Shown here one piece after another: positions 10,917 through 23,165 of a DNA stretch of 64,000 bases (position 1 is its first letter; every line of letters starts with the position of its first letter). The position numbers were made by a program, and so were the translations under genes. The stretch is from Leucoraja ocellata (Eukaryota). The notes under the pieces were generated by a model. That model was not told the DNA's origin. It searched no databases and saw only the letters and a list, made by a program, of their open reading frames with translations. The stretch is taken from positions 310,001 to 374,000 of the forward strand of contig JAWMAR010000138.1 of NCBI GenBank assembly GCA_036785375.1, read 5' to 3'.

Positions 10917-11945
10917 CAACAATCTGCATCAACAGGGTGCCCTGTCTTGCACTTAGAACTGCTTTAAGCCTTACATGAAACATCAATGTTACAAGGTGTT
11001 CAACAGTGGCACCCATAGCATTCACATATTTTGCAGACACCCACTTTCCTCCCTTTTGCAAAAGGAGTTGATATGTAGTCAGCATCATCAGCTGCTGTAG
11101 CAGAACAGCAGGGGATAAATCAGGAACTAATTTGGGTTTGTAGGCAAGGTATTGCATTAAACATGGGACCATTTTAATTACACTGCTACCTCACTTAGCA
11201 CACAGTCTGTGCCTCCCTGAACATGACTGCTTACAGAGTCAGTGCTAAAGGTGTCATGATTGAATTCTATATTGAGATTTGCAATACCGACCGCACTGCT
11301 ACACAAGGGGTGCTAAGAATACAGAGAGAACCTTAACATTCCCCTCAACATCCTAAGCAATGACTGGCTGCATGGCTCAGTGTGGAGAGGCTGCTTGAGA
11401 AGACTGGTGTTGGCAGGCCAGGGCAACCAATGCACTGGCAGGTGGGGCTCAGGATTCATTCCAGCCAGTACAATAAGCTCAAGCTATCCTTGTTGCACAT
11501 GCTGAAAGAGTGACAAGATCCTGCAGCATCTCTCTTCACCTTCCCTTGGAAGTGATATCTGCTGTCTCCCTCCCTGTTTGTCTCCATGCTTCTCCCCAAC
11601 ACAAATATTAATCTGTATTCAGTGCCCAGCAATGACCTGCCCTCGCTCTGCCAGGTAGGGTGCAAACCCCTGCCCCTTATCTTCGTGCTAATGGACCACA
11701 ATGCTTGCCCAGCTCACCCAACACCAGGGTAAGAGTTGGAACAAGGTTCTATTGATGCCCAGCACACAACCCAAGTAGATATATTTAATTAAGCATAAGC
11801 GGGCAATACTGATGCGTGTATGTGCTCCAAGATCAGGAGCAATACAATGAATAGTGTGCTGTAGGGATTTGTGTATCATAGAATCATATAGCATGGAAAT
11901 CATATAGCATGCCCCTTCAAAGCCAAGCCCTGTTTTTTTTTTTCA

Positions 11946-13137
11946 AGAGAGGGGACAGAGGAGGTGGGGAGAGAGGAGGGGGAGGCAGGAGGGGGGAGAG
12001 AGGAGGGGGAGTGGGGGGATAGAGGAAGGGGGGAGGGAGGGGGTAGAGGGGAAGAGAGAGGGGGTTGGAGGGGAGATAGGGGGTGTTGGAGGGGAGAGAG
12101 GGGGGTTGGTGGGGGTAGAGAGGTAGAGGAGGGTTGGAGGAGGGGAGAATGAGGGTGGAGGAGGGGAGATGGGTGGTGCGGAGAGAGGGGAGAGGGAGGG
12201 AAAGGGGGGAGGGAAAGAGGGGGTGAGAAAGGGGAGGAGAGCGGGGAGGGAGGGGCGGAGAGAGGGGGAGAGAGCAGGGAGGGGGTAGGGTGGAGATGGG
12301 GGATGGATTTGGGAGGGGCGGAGAGAGGGGACGGTGGAGGAGGGGGGAGGGAGGAAGAAGGAGGGGCAGAGAGCGGGGAGGGAGGAAGGAGGAGGAGATG
12401 GGGAGAGGGGTGAGGAGAGGGGGGATGGAGAGGGGGAGAGGAAAGAGGGGGAAGAGAGGGGGAGGGGGAAGGGGTGGAGATGGGGGAGAGATTTGGGAGG
12501 GGAGGAGAGGGGGAAGGGGGGAGGGGGAGGAGAGCAGGGGGGGAGGGGGAGAGGGGTTGGGGTGGGAGAGGGGGGGAAGGGGAGAGAGGGGTTGGGGTGG
12601 GGAGGTGGGGGAGGGGATGTGAGAGTGGTGGAGGAGGGGTGGAAGGGGATGGGGAAGGGGGAGAGGGGATAGGGAGATGGGAGGGGGGAGCAATGGGTGG
12701 GGGTGGAAGGGGAGAGAGGGATGGGGAGAGGGGAGGGAGGAGGAGGAGGGTGGGAGTGGAGGGGGAGATGGGGAGGGGGTGAGGAGAGAGGGGTGAGGAG
12801 AATAGGGAATGAGAGGAGAGAGGGTTGAAGAGAGAGTGGTGAGGAGGGAGGGGGAGCCGAGAGGAGGAGCGGGGATAGGGGAGAGGGGAGGGGGAGAGAG
12901 AGGGGGATGATGATGGGGGAAGGAGAGGAGAGTGGGGTGGGAGAAGGGGTAGGGGAGATGGTGGTAGAGGGGAGGAGAGAGGGTGGGGAGGAGGTAGAGT
13001 AGCGTGGGGATGGGAAGGGGAGGCAAGAGGAGGGAACGAAGGGAGGGGAGAGAGGGGTGGGGGAGTGTAGTGGTGAGGGGAGAGAGGGGAGGGGGTGAGA
13101 GGGAGGGGAGGGGGAACGGAGAGGAGGGGGGGAGAGA
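11946..13137 (+). repeat. G/A-rich low-complexity purine tract (~1.2 kb)
   Basis: Almost exclusively G and A with dense G3-G7 runs and very few C; no strict period. Confidence 0.95.
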
Positions 13138-13589
13138 TTGAAAATGAATCAACTTCCATGGCTAATCAAAGATGTTAAAATTGAACATAAATATACAATG
13201 TTGAGAAAGTATACTGTTATTCATTCATACAAGTGGACATTAAAAAATGTATTCGGCATCTCTGATTATACTTGAGAAGCTGGTGGTGAGCTGGGCCTTG
13301 AAATGTTACTGTCTGCATGTTGAACATTCTCCCAAACTAATGTTAGGTCCGAAATTCCAAGATTTTGCAACACTGCTGATGAAGAATTCATAATGTATTT
13401 CCAGAGGAGGATGATATATTACAAAGAGTGGAACCTTCTGGTGCTCTTGTCCAATGCCCTTGGTGCCTTTGTCCATTCAGACTAAAGTCAGAATGTCATT
13501 AGTAGTTCCCTGACTGGCAGATAGAAAATAATCTCTGATTTGCCTACTTCTTTTATCCTATTCCTACTGTTGGTCAGCCTTCTCACAAG

Positions 13590-14070
13590 TTATAGTAGAA
13601 TTAGGCCATTCGGCCCATCAAGACCACTCCGTCATTTAATAATCGCTGATCTCTGATCAAATCCCATTTTCCTGCCTTCTCCCCATAACCCTTGACACCG
13701 TTCTAATCAAGAATTTGTCTATCTCTGCTTTGAAAATATCTACTGATTTGGCCTCCACAGCCCTCTGTGGTAATGAGTTCCACAGATTTACTACTCTCTG
13801 ACTAAATAAGTTCCTCCTCACCTCCTATCTAAAAGAGCGCCCTTTAATTCTGAGGTGATGACCTCTGGTCCCAATCCCACTCCCTCCCACTCTATGGCTT
13901 TCATTATTCTGTAAGTTTCAATGAGGTCCTCCCTCAACCTTCTAAACTATAGCGAGTCGAGCCCAGTGCTATCAACCGCTCATCATATGCAAACCCACTC
14001 ATTCCTGGAATCATTCTTGTAAACCTCCTCTGGACCCTCTCCAGAGCCAGCACATCCTTCCTCAGATATC
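13590..14070 (-). mobile_element. CR1 LINE 3' fragment
   Basis: TTAGGCCATTCGGCCCATC tail and CR1 ORF2 C-terminal sequence (CCTCCTCTGGACCCTCTCCAG = LERVQRR on the minus strand). Confidence 0.85.
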
Positions 14071-14756
14071 TTACTGATACCATTCTGCTTCATGCCGGAA
14101 AATCCAGCATCATTTTCCAGCAGTCCAAGTCCGGGGCTGCCCGCCAGCCCAGGGCCACCCTGGACACCTCAGGACAGGGACGGGACTCCGGGGAGGGGAT
14201 GGGGATGGCCCCTACAGCAACTCAACAGCATCCGCAGTGACGGAGAGCCGATCCCGACTACGGACAAAACGCAAGCCTGCACACAATACAGCACCACCGT
14301 TGCCAAGTGTTTTATAGCTAGTGACCTATGACCTGGACATGCCCAGTCGGAATACCGAACTCGCTCATTGAACCTGGGTCTCTGTGAGGAAGTAATTCTA
14401 CAGGCAGCGCCACTACGCTGTGCAATTTGATGATCCTATATCTCAACCTCCCCAGCTGTTGCCAAAGCTGAACTTCATTGTGAATGTGCAACTGGCAATG
14501 GCAAAATCTAACAACAGCTTTTCAAAATACTTTTAGCTCCATTTGCGTGCTCCACACACCCAAAGTATGGCTTTAAAACACCAATGATTTGCTCAGTTAT
14601 TCAACATAAGCTGCACTTCTATGTATGTTGAGTGGAGACAGATGCAGCAGGATGTCCATTGCACCCAGGTAACCATTCTTTGGCATGGAGGTTCAGATTG
14701 GGTTTACACAAGGTGAATGAGACCCGAGCATTTCCCACCTTTGAACATTGATTGTC

Positions 14757-15990
14757 ATAAGATCATAAGGAATAGGAGCAGAATTAGGCCATTCGGCACA
14801 TCAAGCCTACTCCGCCATTCTATCATGGCTGATCACCAATACAATACAATACCTATAATACGTCTTGATGTTGGAGCCCCAGCGGGCGCTAGCAAGTCCG
14901 CGGCAAATTAAAGCCACGCCGGGCGTTGTAAGGCCCCGCTCTAGGTCACTCTCAACCCCGCAATTCGGGCGGGAGAAGTCGCCGTTGCCCCGCAAAGCAG
15001 TCTCCCACCGGAGACCCGCAAGCTCCCGGTCTCACCATCCACCGGAGTCGGGTCGCAGCAGCGCACCACCGCAGCTCCCCACGCTCCGAAGCTGGCCAGC
15101 TCCACGGAGGTAGGTCCACAGCTCCACAGCTCCACGGCTCCACGGCTCCATGACTTGAGCCTCCAGGTCGTTCCGGTTGGAGGTTGCTCCACGGCGCTAG
15201 GCCCCAACGGCAATGGAGACCCGACAGGGAAAAGTTCGGTTCTCCATGCAGGGAAGAGATTAAAAGTTTCCCCCACCCACCCCCCACCCCCCACATATAC
15301 ACATTTAAAAACCCGCTACAAACTAAACCCTCAACAGGACAAAAAATAAAGAATACACAGACAGACTGCAGAGGCCACTGCGACGTCAGTCGCGCCTCCC
15401 ACACACATGTTCTCTCTTTCCTAACCTCATTCTCCTGTATTCTCCCCGTAACCTCCGCACATGTACTAATCAAGAATCTATCTATTTTCTATCTGCCAGT
15501 CAGGGAACTAACTGAAAAATATGCACTGACATGTCCCCCACAGCTTTCTGTGGCAAATAATTCCACAGATTCATCATCCTCTGAATAAATAAATTTCTCC
15601 TCATCTCCTTCCTAAAAGAACGTCCTTTAATTTTGAGGTTATGATATAGATGCTCTAGGGGAAACATCCTCTCCACATCCACTCTATCCAAGCCTTTCAC
15701 TATTCTGTAGGTTTCACTGAGGTACCCCCACATTCGTCTAAACTCCAGCGAGTACAGGCCCTGTGCTGACAAACGCTCATCATAGGTTAACCTACTCATT
15801 CCTGGGATCATTCTTGTAAACCTCCTCTGGATCCTCTCCAGAGCCAACACATCCTTCAGCAGATAGGGTGCCTAAAATTGCTCCTAATATTAGAAAGGCG
15901 GCCTTACCAGTGCCTTATAGAGCCTCAAAATTTACATCCCTGATTTTGTATACGCCTTCTTGAAATAAATGCTTGCATTGAGTTTGCTTT
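14757..15990 (-). mobile_element. CR1 LINE 3' fragment with a nested GC-rich insert
   Basis: ORF 15500..15850 LERIQRRFTRMIPGM...LYSLEFRR. Confidence 0.85.
14837..15400 (-). mobile_element. GC-rich non-autonomous retroelement-like insert with (TATTG)n tail
   Basis: It interrupts the CR1 3' UTR after ATCATGGCTGATC, has a (CAATA)3 tail on the plus strand, and contains internal 8-bp GCTCCAC(A/G) repeats. Confidence 0.55.
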
Positions 15991-16413
15991 TTTGGAAATA
16001 ATTGTAGATGAGATATCGATATTTAAGGAGTAAAACCTCTTGCATTTCTTGTACATTTTCTGATTTTCATCAGGCATGCTCTAGTCAAATGTGGAGCAGT
16101 TGATGTCTTGTACCATTAGAGGAAATCATTTCTCATCGTCCTTTCTTGTCAAATTGCACATATGCACCCTTTTGGCTTCTCCACTTCAGTTCCTGCACTG
16201 GTTATTATCTCCACCCATCTTTATCTCCAATAGTCTCCAATATCCCTAAAATGCATGACACAGATTGAAAAGTCATGCCATATGTCACGACACCATCATG
16301 GAAATGGCTGAAGACCATGGTGAACTTCACTGCACTTGACAATCCAGTCCTCAGTCTACTCGATGGTTTCACTCGTGGCCACAGCATGTGGGCACCTTCT
16401 ATGAGAGATGGAG

Positions 16414-16712
16414 TTTTAGTTTAGTTTAGTTCAGAGATACAGTGCAGAAAGAAGCCCTTCAGCCCACCGAGTCCGCACCGACCAGTGATCCCCGCACACT
16501 AACACTATCCTACACACACAAGGAACAATTTACATTTATACCAAGCCAATTAACCTACAAACTGTATGTCTTTAGCATGTGGGAAGAAACCGAAGATCTT
16601 GGGGAAACCCCATGCGGCCATGGGATAACGTATAAACTCCGTACATTCAGCAGTCGTTTTTGGGATTGAACCCGGGTCTCTGGCACTGCTGTGCCACTGT
16701 GCCGCACCATGC
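16414..16712 (-). mobile_element. HE1-like V-SINE
   Basis: Reverse complement of the 5340-5645 family, with a (TTTAG)n tail. Confidence 0.85.
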
Positions 16713-18561
16713 CAAGTTACCCACACATTGCTGATCACTTGGGAATAGCTCCTCACTTGATGCTCCTCTCCTACTATTAACTGGCCTTGCTCTGTACAGA
16801 TATCCAATCTGTACACACACACATCATAAATTTCTACCTCAATACGCACACAGTACCCAAACAGTTGGCAAAGTGGAGCCCAATCTCATGCTTTAAGCTT
16901 TCATAGAATGCATCTGGAATCCTTTATTTTGAATTTAAATAAATTACATAAATTCTTTCTCAATGTACAAAAATATAGTGCAAAATGTCAGGTAACAGAA
17001 TAATAAATAAGGTGCATTATATACGATGAATATTGATGTTATTCTAGAATAGTTTGCAAGTTATTAAATACACCTGAACACAACCTCTTGCCTTCATATT
17101 TGCATATTCCTATCAATAATGGACGTCCACTATTGTCAAACATGGATTCATACATCTGCTACCAAATGAAAAGTGTCATGCTGGTCATGCAGGAGCAGGA
17201 ATCTACTGTAAGTCATTTTTCTTTTGAAAACAAAATTAAACATAGTAATTTACTCTTGCATCATCTGTCATTTGTACATGTATTTACAAAATGCGAAATA
17301 TTTTGTTGCACTAAGGACTTTGGGGGTTTTTTGCACTAGTATTGAGGGTAATAATTTATTGATTATTAACTGTATTATATGTAATCTATGAGTATGGCAT
17401 TTGAAATAATTGAATTTCTCTGTTGTCAGTACAAATGACAATTAAACACACTTGATTCTTAAAGCATGTACTTCCAAAGGGATGCAAAGATTTGTTAATG
17501 AACACAGGCAAACCAGCGATTCAAAATATCAGTGTTCAATGACTAGTCATCTCTTGGTGCTGCTCAAGAGAGATAAGAACCCATTTATTCTAGGCTTAAG
17601 ATTCTATTTAGATTGTTTTTGATTTATAAAAAGCAATGTAAATTGTACTAAGCTATGGGAGAATACAGGTGCCAAGCCTCTGACAACATGTTACATAAAG
17701 AAACACAAATCACATATTGGAATAAGCTGTTATAGCAGCATAAAAAAAGACAAAGAAAGGTGTAGTTAGAGCAGCAATTACTTTCGCAATTAGTACACCA
17801 CACTGCCCCAGTACTAATTATCAGTTGTTTGAGAAGCTAATCACAGTGTGCACACAAAATCACTTACATTGCAATAACTCCTTAATGAAATTAGTGCATC
17901 TGAAATTAAAACAAAAGGTAAATTCTATCAAATTTGTCTGACCTGTTTTTTGTATTTTTGCTATGAGCTAACAGTGGCATAATTTGATTTCACCAAGTTA
18001 ATGTGAATGTGATCCACAAATAAAGAAGAAAAAAATATTTTTAATCTATATTACCCGATCTTCCAAAGAACAACTTACTAGATAAAGAAATCCGATCTTA
18101 GATATTCTCAGTACATTTTTTCTTTAAACCAGGCAATTCCAAACAAGTAGCATTGTAGCTCATTACAATAACATCCAAGAAAGTTCTGATGGGTCACTCA
18201 AAAAGATGCAACATCTTTGGATTGCATTCTTACCATTCTTAAGAACAAAATTAAGCATGCACAAAACGGACTAAGAGGTGGTTAAAAATATTATGTCAAG
18301 CGAATAAATTACTGTATATTTTACTGAAGTGCACAGTTTCATTTTCTGTTCAATGAACTAGACAACAAAGTAGTTTTTGAGAGTCATATTCTGCTTCCGA
18401 TATTCAGTTCCATTGAAATTAATGGAGACACATTTAGAAAATGGGTGCACTAACTTACATGCCTACAATGCACATGATAAAAAATGTTACGGCCTCACAT
18501 GGACAAATAAACACTTTCAACAGTTGTATCTTACATGTTACAGTACCTCATACCTAGACAG

Positions 18562-18785
18562 AAGGTAGACACAAAATGCTGGAGTATCTCAATGGGACAG
18601 GCAGCATCTCTGGAGAGAAGGAATGGGTGACGTTTCAGTTTGAGACCCTTGTTCAGTCTGAAGAAGGGTCTCAACCCGAAACGTCACCCATTCCTTCTCT
18701 CCAGAGATACTGCCTGTCCAGCTGAGTGACTCCAGCATTTTATGTCTATCTTCGGTGTAAACCAGCAACTGCAGTTCCTTCCCTG
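18562..18785. mobile_element. Penelope-derived repeat, inverted pair
   Basis: Same family as 6707-6921; contains CTGAAGAAGGGTCTCAACCCGAAACGTC. Confidence 0.8.
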
Positions 18786-19257
18786 TCATGCTTAGACAGG
18801 TTAGAAAATAAATTGGATCTCCTTGTATGATATTTTTAAGTGTAAATAGGCCCAAACCAAAAGGTCCAACATTATCAGACTCTATTTAAGGGGCCTAAAA
18901 ATACATTAAATGTCACTTGGTTAAGTTAAAGTTCAGATACTCCTGTCATCTGTCTAAGGTAAACATTAAACAACCATCAACATTTAATGCCAGCTTAAGC
19001 AACCCGTGGTATTTGGTCAACTATGAATTGGATGCACTTTGCTTGGGCATTTATGTTTTGCTATAGTCTCATCAACAAAGTTTGTTGATAAAGAAACTGT
19101 CTTTTAATTATCTTTTTGTGGAGTCAAAGAAAACCCCTTTCACTCCACAAAAGTGCCCCTCTGAAGGCCAATGCTCGCCTATGATCTCCATCCACTTCTC
19201 TCTCAGTGGGGGGGGGGGGGGGGGGGGGGGCATAAGGTGCCCTGATCCCTTTGTCCC

Positions 19258-19410
19258 TTGTGGCTAAAGGGATCAGCGGGCATGGAGAGAAGGCAGGTAC
19301 AGGATACTGAGTTGGATGATCAGCCATGATCATATTGAATGGCGGTGCAGGCTCGAAGGGCCGAATGGCCTACTCCTGCACCTATTTTCTATGTTTCTAT
19401 GTTTCTATGA
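19258..19410 (+). mobile_element. CR1 3' end
   Basis: Near-identical to the reverse complement of 341-495; (CTATGTTT)n tail. Confidence 0.85.
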
Positions 19411-20421
19411 TCAACATCTCACCAGGCCCAAACTGGCAGAGAGCCAAGCAGTGACCCTTGCTGTTTGCAGCAGCCTTGCATTGTGTTAATGAGGCCCAAT
19501 ATATGACCACATACATGAATAATAAATTTAGTGCATTTTAATGTCACAGCCAATCACAATCAGCAACATTATTAGAGGCACAACACGAGGAACTGTGCAT
19601 GACTGTCATTCGAGTTTGCAATGAACTGTGAATGTTGAAAGAATCTTGTCAGAGCCAATTACATTGTATCGCCAATTCTTCAGCTATGAAAGTAGTATTC
19701 TCTCAGAATTTACTACAGCTGTGCTAATATCAGAATTAATGTTAATGACTATCTATTTAAATTATATTTCTTTCACAGTTACCAATAATGTTACAAACAC
19801 TTTATCGATATATTGAACATGTGCAATTAAAATAATGCTGCAACAAATTTGTTTAGATCAGGATTGCTAATTTGCAATGCACCTGAGCCATTATAGTTGG
19901 AGATACAGTAATCGCATTGTAATTTGCAACTAAGAATTCAGTTTTTTGTTGGCAGTTTAGTGTTGGTGCAAAACAATTTCCACTCTGCAGTAGCATTTTG
20001 CTGAACCAGACTCGGAAATCAAGTATTATAGGATTCCCAGGAGTAAGAACTCTCATACCACATTGTTTTCACACTGTTTGAATTGCAAATCCAATGACAT
20101 TTCAAACTCAGTTTTCAAATGCTTGATTTATTGACCGGGATTTTTGTGAATTTAGCCGACTTCGATTATGTCTCCGGTTTGTATGCAGACTGCAAATGCA
20201 CACTCAGCAAGCATGCCCGCACTGATGAAAATTTAATTTGCTGCATGGAGTGTGTGCTTCATACAAATGTCAATTTTACGTATAATTCAATGGTTTCAAT
20301 TGTTTCTTTATTATCACGTGTACCCAGGTACAGTGAAATACCTTTTTTACATATAACTCTGCAAAACTATCCCCATTTATTAACACAATCTACCAGTTAG
20401 AACATAATGTACAGACAACCT

Positions 20422-20726
20422 TAGAGAGGAGGAATGGGTGACATTTCGGGTCATAGAAGCATAGAAAATAGATGCAGTAGGCCATTCGGCCCTTCGAGCC
20501 AGCATTGCCATCCAAAACCAGTACCCCGTTCCGGCTTTTTCCCCATATCCCCTGATTCCCTTAGCCCTAAGAGCTAAATCTAATTATCTCTTTAAACTCT
20601 CTCTCAAGACTTCTCGACCTGAAATGTCACCCATTCCTTCTCTCCAGAGATGCAGCCTGCCCCACTGAATTATTTCAGCTTTTCGTGTCTGTCTTTGGTT
20701 TAAACCAGCACCTGTAGTTCCTTCCT
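20422..20726. mobile_element. PLE-derived inverted pair split by a CR1 3' end (20452-20605)
   Basis: GGAATGGGTGACATTTCGGGTC [CR1 tail] GACCTGAAATGTCACCCATTCC. Confidence 0.7.
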
Positions 20727-22312
20727 GTGCAGAACAACTCAATGAGTCTATATGCAAGTGGCAACATTTTTGGTGCTATTTTACAGTCCCAGCAGCAGCT
20801 GGCCACAAACACCCATTGCACCCATCCCCACCATTCCAGTTGCCCTGCGAACTGTTGTCCCTCTCCTTGCATGGCCTTCTTCAGCCATTGTTTCCCAGGG
20901 AGGGGGGTGCCTACCGCAGCTGACCTTGAGGGTGCGGAAGGTGAGACACCCCGGTTCTTCTTACTGACTCTTACCAGGCCCTTTGTCCAGCGACCTCGAT
21001 CATCTCCCTCTATACTCCTGTCTGTAGCTTCCCTCTCCGAGCGGCTTCCTGGATCTGCAATGAGTGAGCCAGGCTTGTTGTTGGGATGGGACACGGCTGG
21101 CGGGGGCCTTTTGTCCGTATTATGGCCGAGGACAGTACGTATTATGGTCGTGGAGGTGCTGGACTTCCTAGAGTGTGTGTGGCGGAGGGGAGTTGTGGGG
21201 GGGGGGTGTGGTGTATGAGATAATCTGAAGAATGTATTCAAAATTGATTAGTAAGGGTGTCAGGGATTATGGGGAGAAGGCAGGAGAATTGGGTTGAGAG
21301 GGAATGATAGATCAGCCTTGATTGAATGGTATAGTAGACTTAATGGGCAGAATTGCCTAATTCTGCTCCTAGAATTTGTGAATTTATGAATGGATCTGCA
21401 AACTTTATTTGTATTTTCAACCTAGATTACTTCAACCAGGGCCAGAGTTACATGAAGCGTAAATGTGGATTCATATTCTGCTCTTGGCATGGCTGCTAAA
21501 CTTTTACTGTATCTTCCTGGCCAGTGCACAAAATATCCGCCTACTTGCTTGACATGCTGCAGAAACATTTGACATCTTTGCCTGATCTTCAACCTCAAAT
21601 GTTATTTCTCTATACTACCCTCACTTCCAGGATCCCCTTGATACCTACTAATCTATCTTTTGAATTAACACAGTGACTAAGCCTTTACAGACCTGCTGGT
21701 CAGAGAAGTGCAATGATTCATCACAGAGTAAAGAAACATTATTTCCTTTCGCCCTAAGTGGCCTAATTCTTATTTTGTGACTGCATAGCCTGGGGAAACA
21801 TTACCGCTGTATCAACTCTAAGGATTTTGTATATTTCAGTGATAACACAATAATTCTTCTAAACGCCAAACAATTAAGAACTAACCTACTCAATCTCTCC
21901 TCCTATAATTTCTCAGGAACCAATTTGGTCAATCTTCATTGCACTTGCACTATAGCAAGTATATCTTAAAGTAGGCAAAGAGCAAAATTGTATGCAATGT
22001 TACAGGTGTGGTCTCAAAAAGGCCTTGTATATCATGATATAACGACAAAGGAGAGGATTTGAGTATTACAAATAAGAATAATTATTCTTATACATAAATA
22101 CTCTCATTTATCATGAGAGGATTTGGGTGTAGGAATTAAAAGAACATCTTTATTCTTATACTCAAATCCTCTCATAATAAATGCCAACAAACTATTTGGT
22201 TTCCCAATTTCCTATTGCAGCTGTATGTTGGTTTTCAACTTCTCTGCCAATGCGGGATAACTTCCCATTTGTCTATATTGTGCGCCATCAGCCACCCTTT
22301 TCATTCACTTAA

Positions 22313-22520
22313 GGTAGACACAAAATGCTGCTGTAACTCAGCGGGACAGGCAGCATCTCTGGAGAGAAGGAATGGATGACCTTTCGGGTCAAGGCCCTTC
22401 CACAGACTCAAGAAGAAGGGTCCCGACCCGAAACGTCACACATTCCTTCTCTCCAGAGATGCTGCCGGTCCCACTGAGATACTCCAGCATCTTGTGTTTA
22501 ACTTCGGTGTAAACCAGCAC
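22313..22520. mobile_element. Penelope-derived repeat, inverted pair
   Basis: Same family; GAAGAAGGGTCCCGACCCGAAACGTC core. Confidence 0.8.
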
Positions 22521-22721
22521 TTAACAGATGCTCGTTTTCTTTCTTGTTACAGTCTGATATAGCGGGGTCACATTTGCTATTGTGTAATCTGTCACAAATT
22601 TAAGACACACTGCGACTGGTCGAGGTTTTGAAGAGATGTGAAGTCACATGCTTTGTGAAATTTTGGTTCAATGCATGGGAGGAAAGAGAGTTGGGCATAC
22701 ATGCTTCTGACTTAGTTTAAC

Positions 22722-23165
22722 TTAGTTTAGCATTTGGAATGGAATGGATTGGAATACTTTAATGTGACATGTGACAAGGCACAGTGAAATTCTTTGCTTG
22801 CATACCCAGGATATGCAAATAGCGGCTACTAACGGCACTGACAAAGTTACAAAGTACGCCGACTTCTCCTTTGATCTCCCTCTCACGCCCTCTCCCACAG
22901 CGGCTCCCCCACGCCAGGTCCACCTTCGTTCCCGCCCCCCCCAATGGCGGTCCCCCCCCCCCGCTGGGTCCCCATTGTTTAATGTTCTTCCCCCTAACTC
23001 ACGGTGAACCCCCCACGCCAGGTCCTCCATTGTTCTTCCCCTCCCCCCCTCACGGCATTTCCCCCACGCTCTCATCGACCACCAACCGAGGGTCGACCTG
23101 CGAGGCTTCACCGCCGCAAAGAAGCTTCACCGCTGCCGAGGCCCCATCGCCGCAAGGCCACCATG
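22722..23165 (-). mobile_element. Non-autonomous retroelement with (TTCCA)n tail
   Basis: Its 3' end AAAGAATTTCACTGTGCC..ACATGTCACATTAAAGTATTCCA is shared with other LINE-tail copies (about 20290-20350, 33650-33720 and 54600-54670). The body is GC-rich. Confidence 0.55.

Noticed and set aside
11900-13159. 419-aa and 411-aa Pro/Ser/Leu ORFs and Gly/Arg/Glu ORFs
   Set aside because: Artefacts of a stop-free low-complexity purine/pyrimidine tract that is open in several frames.
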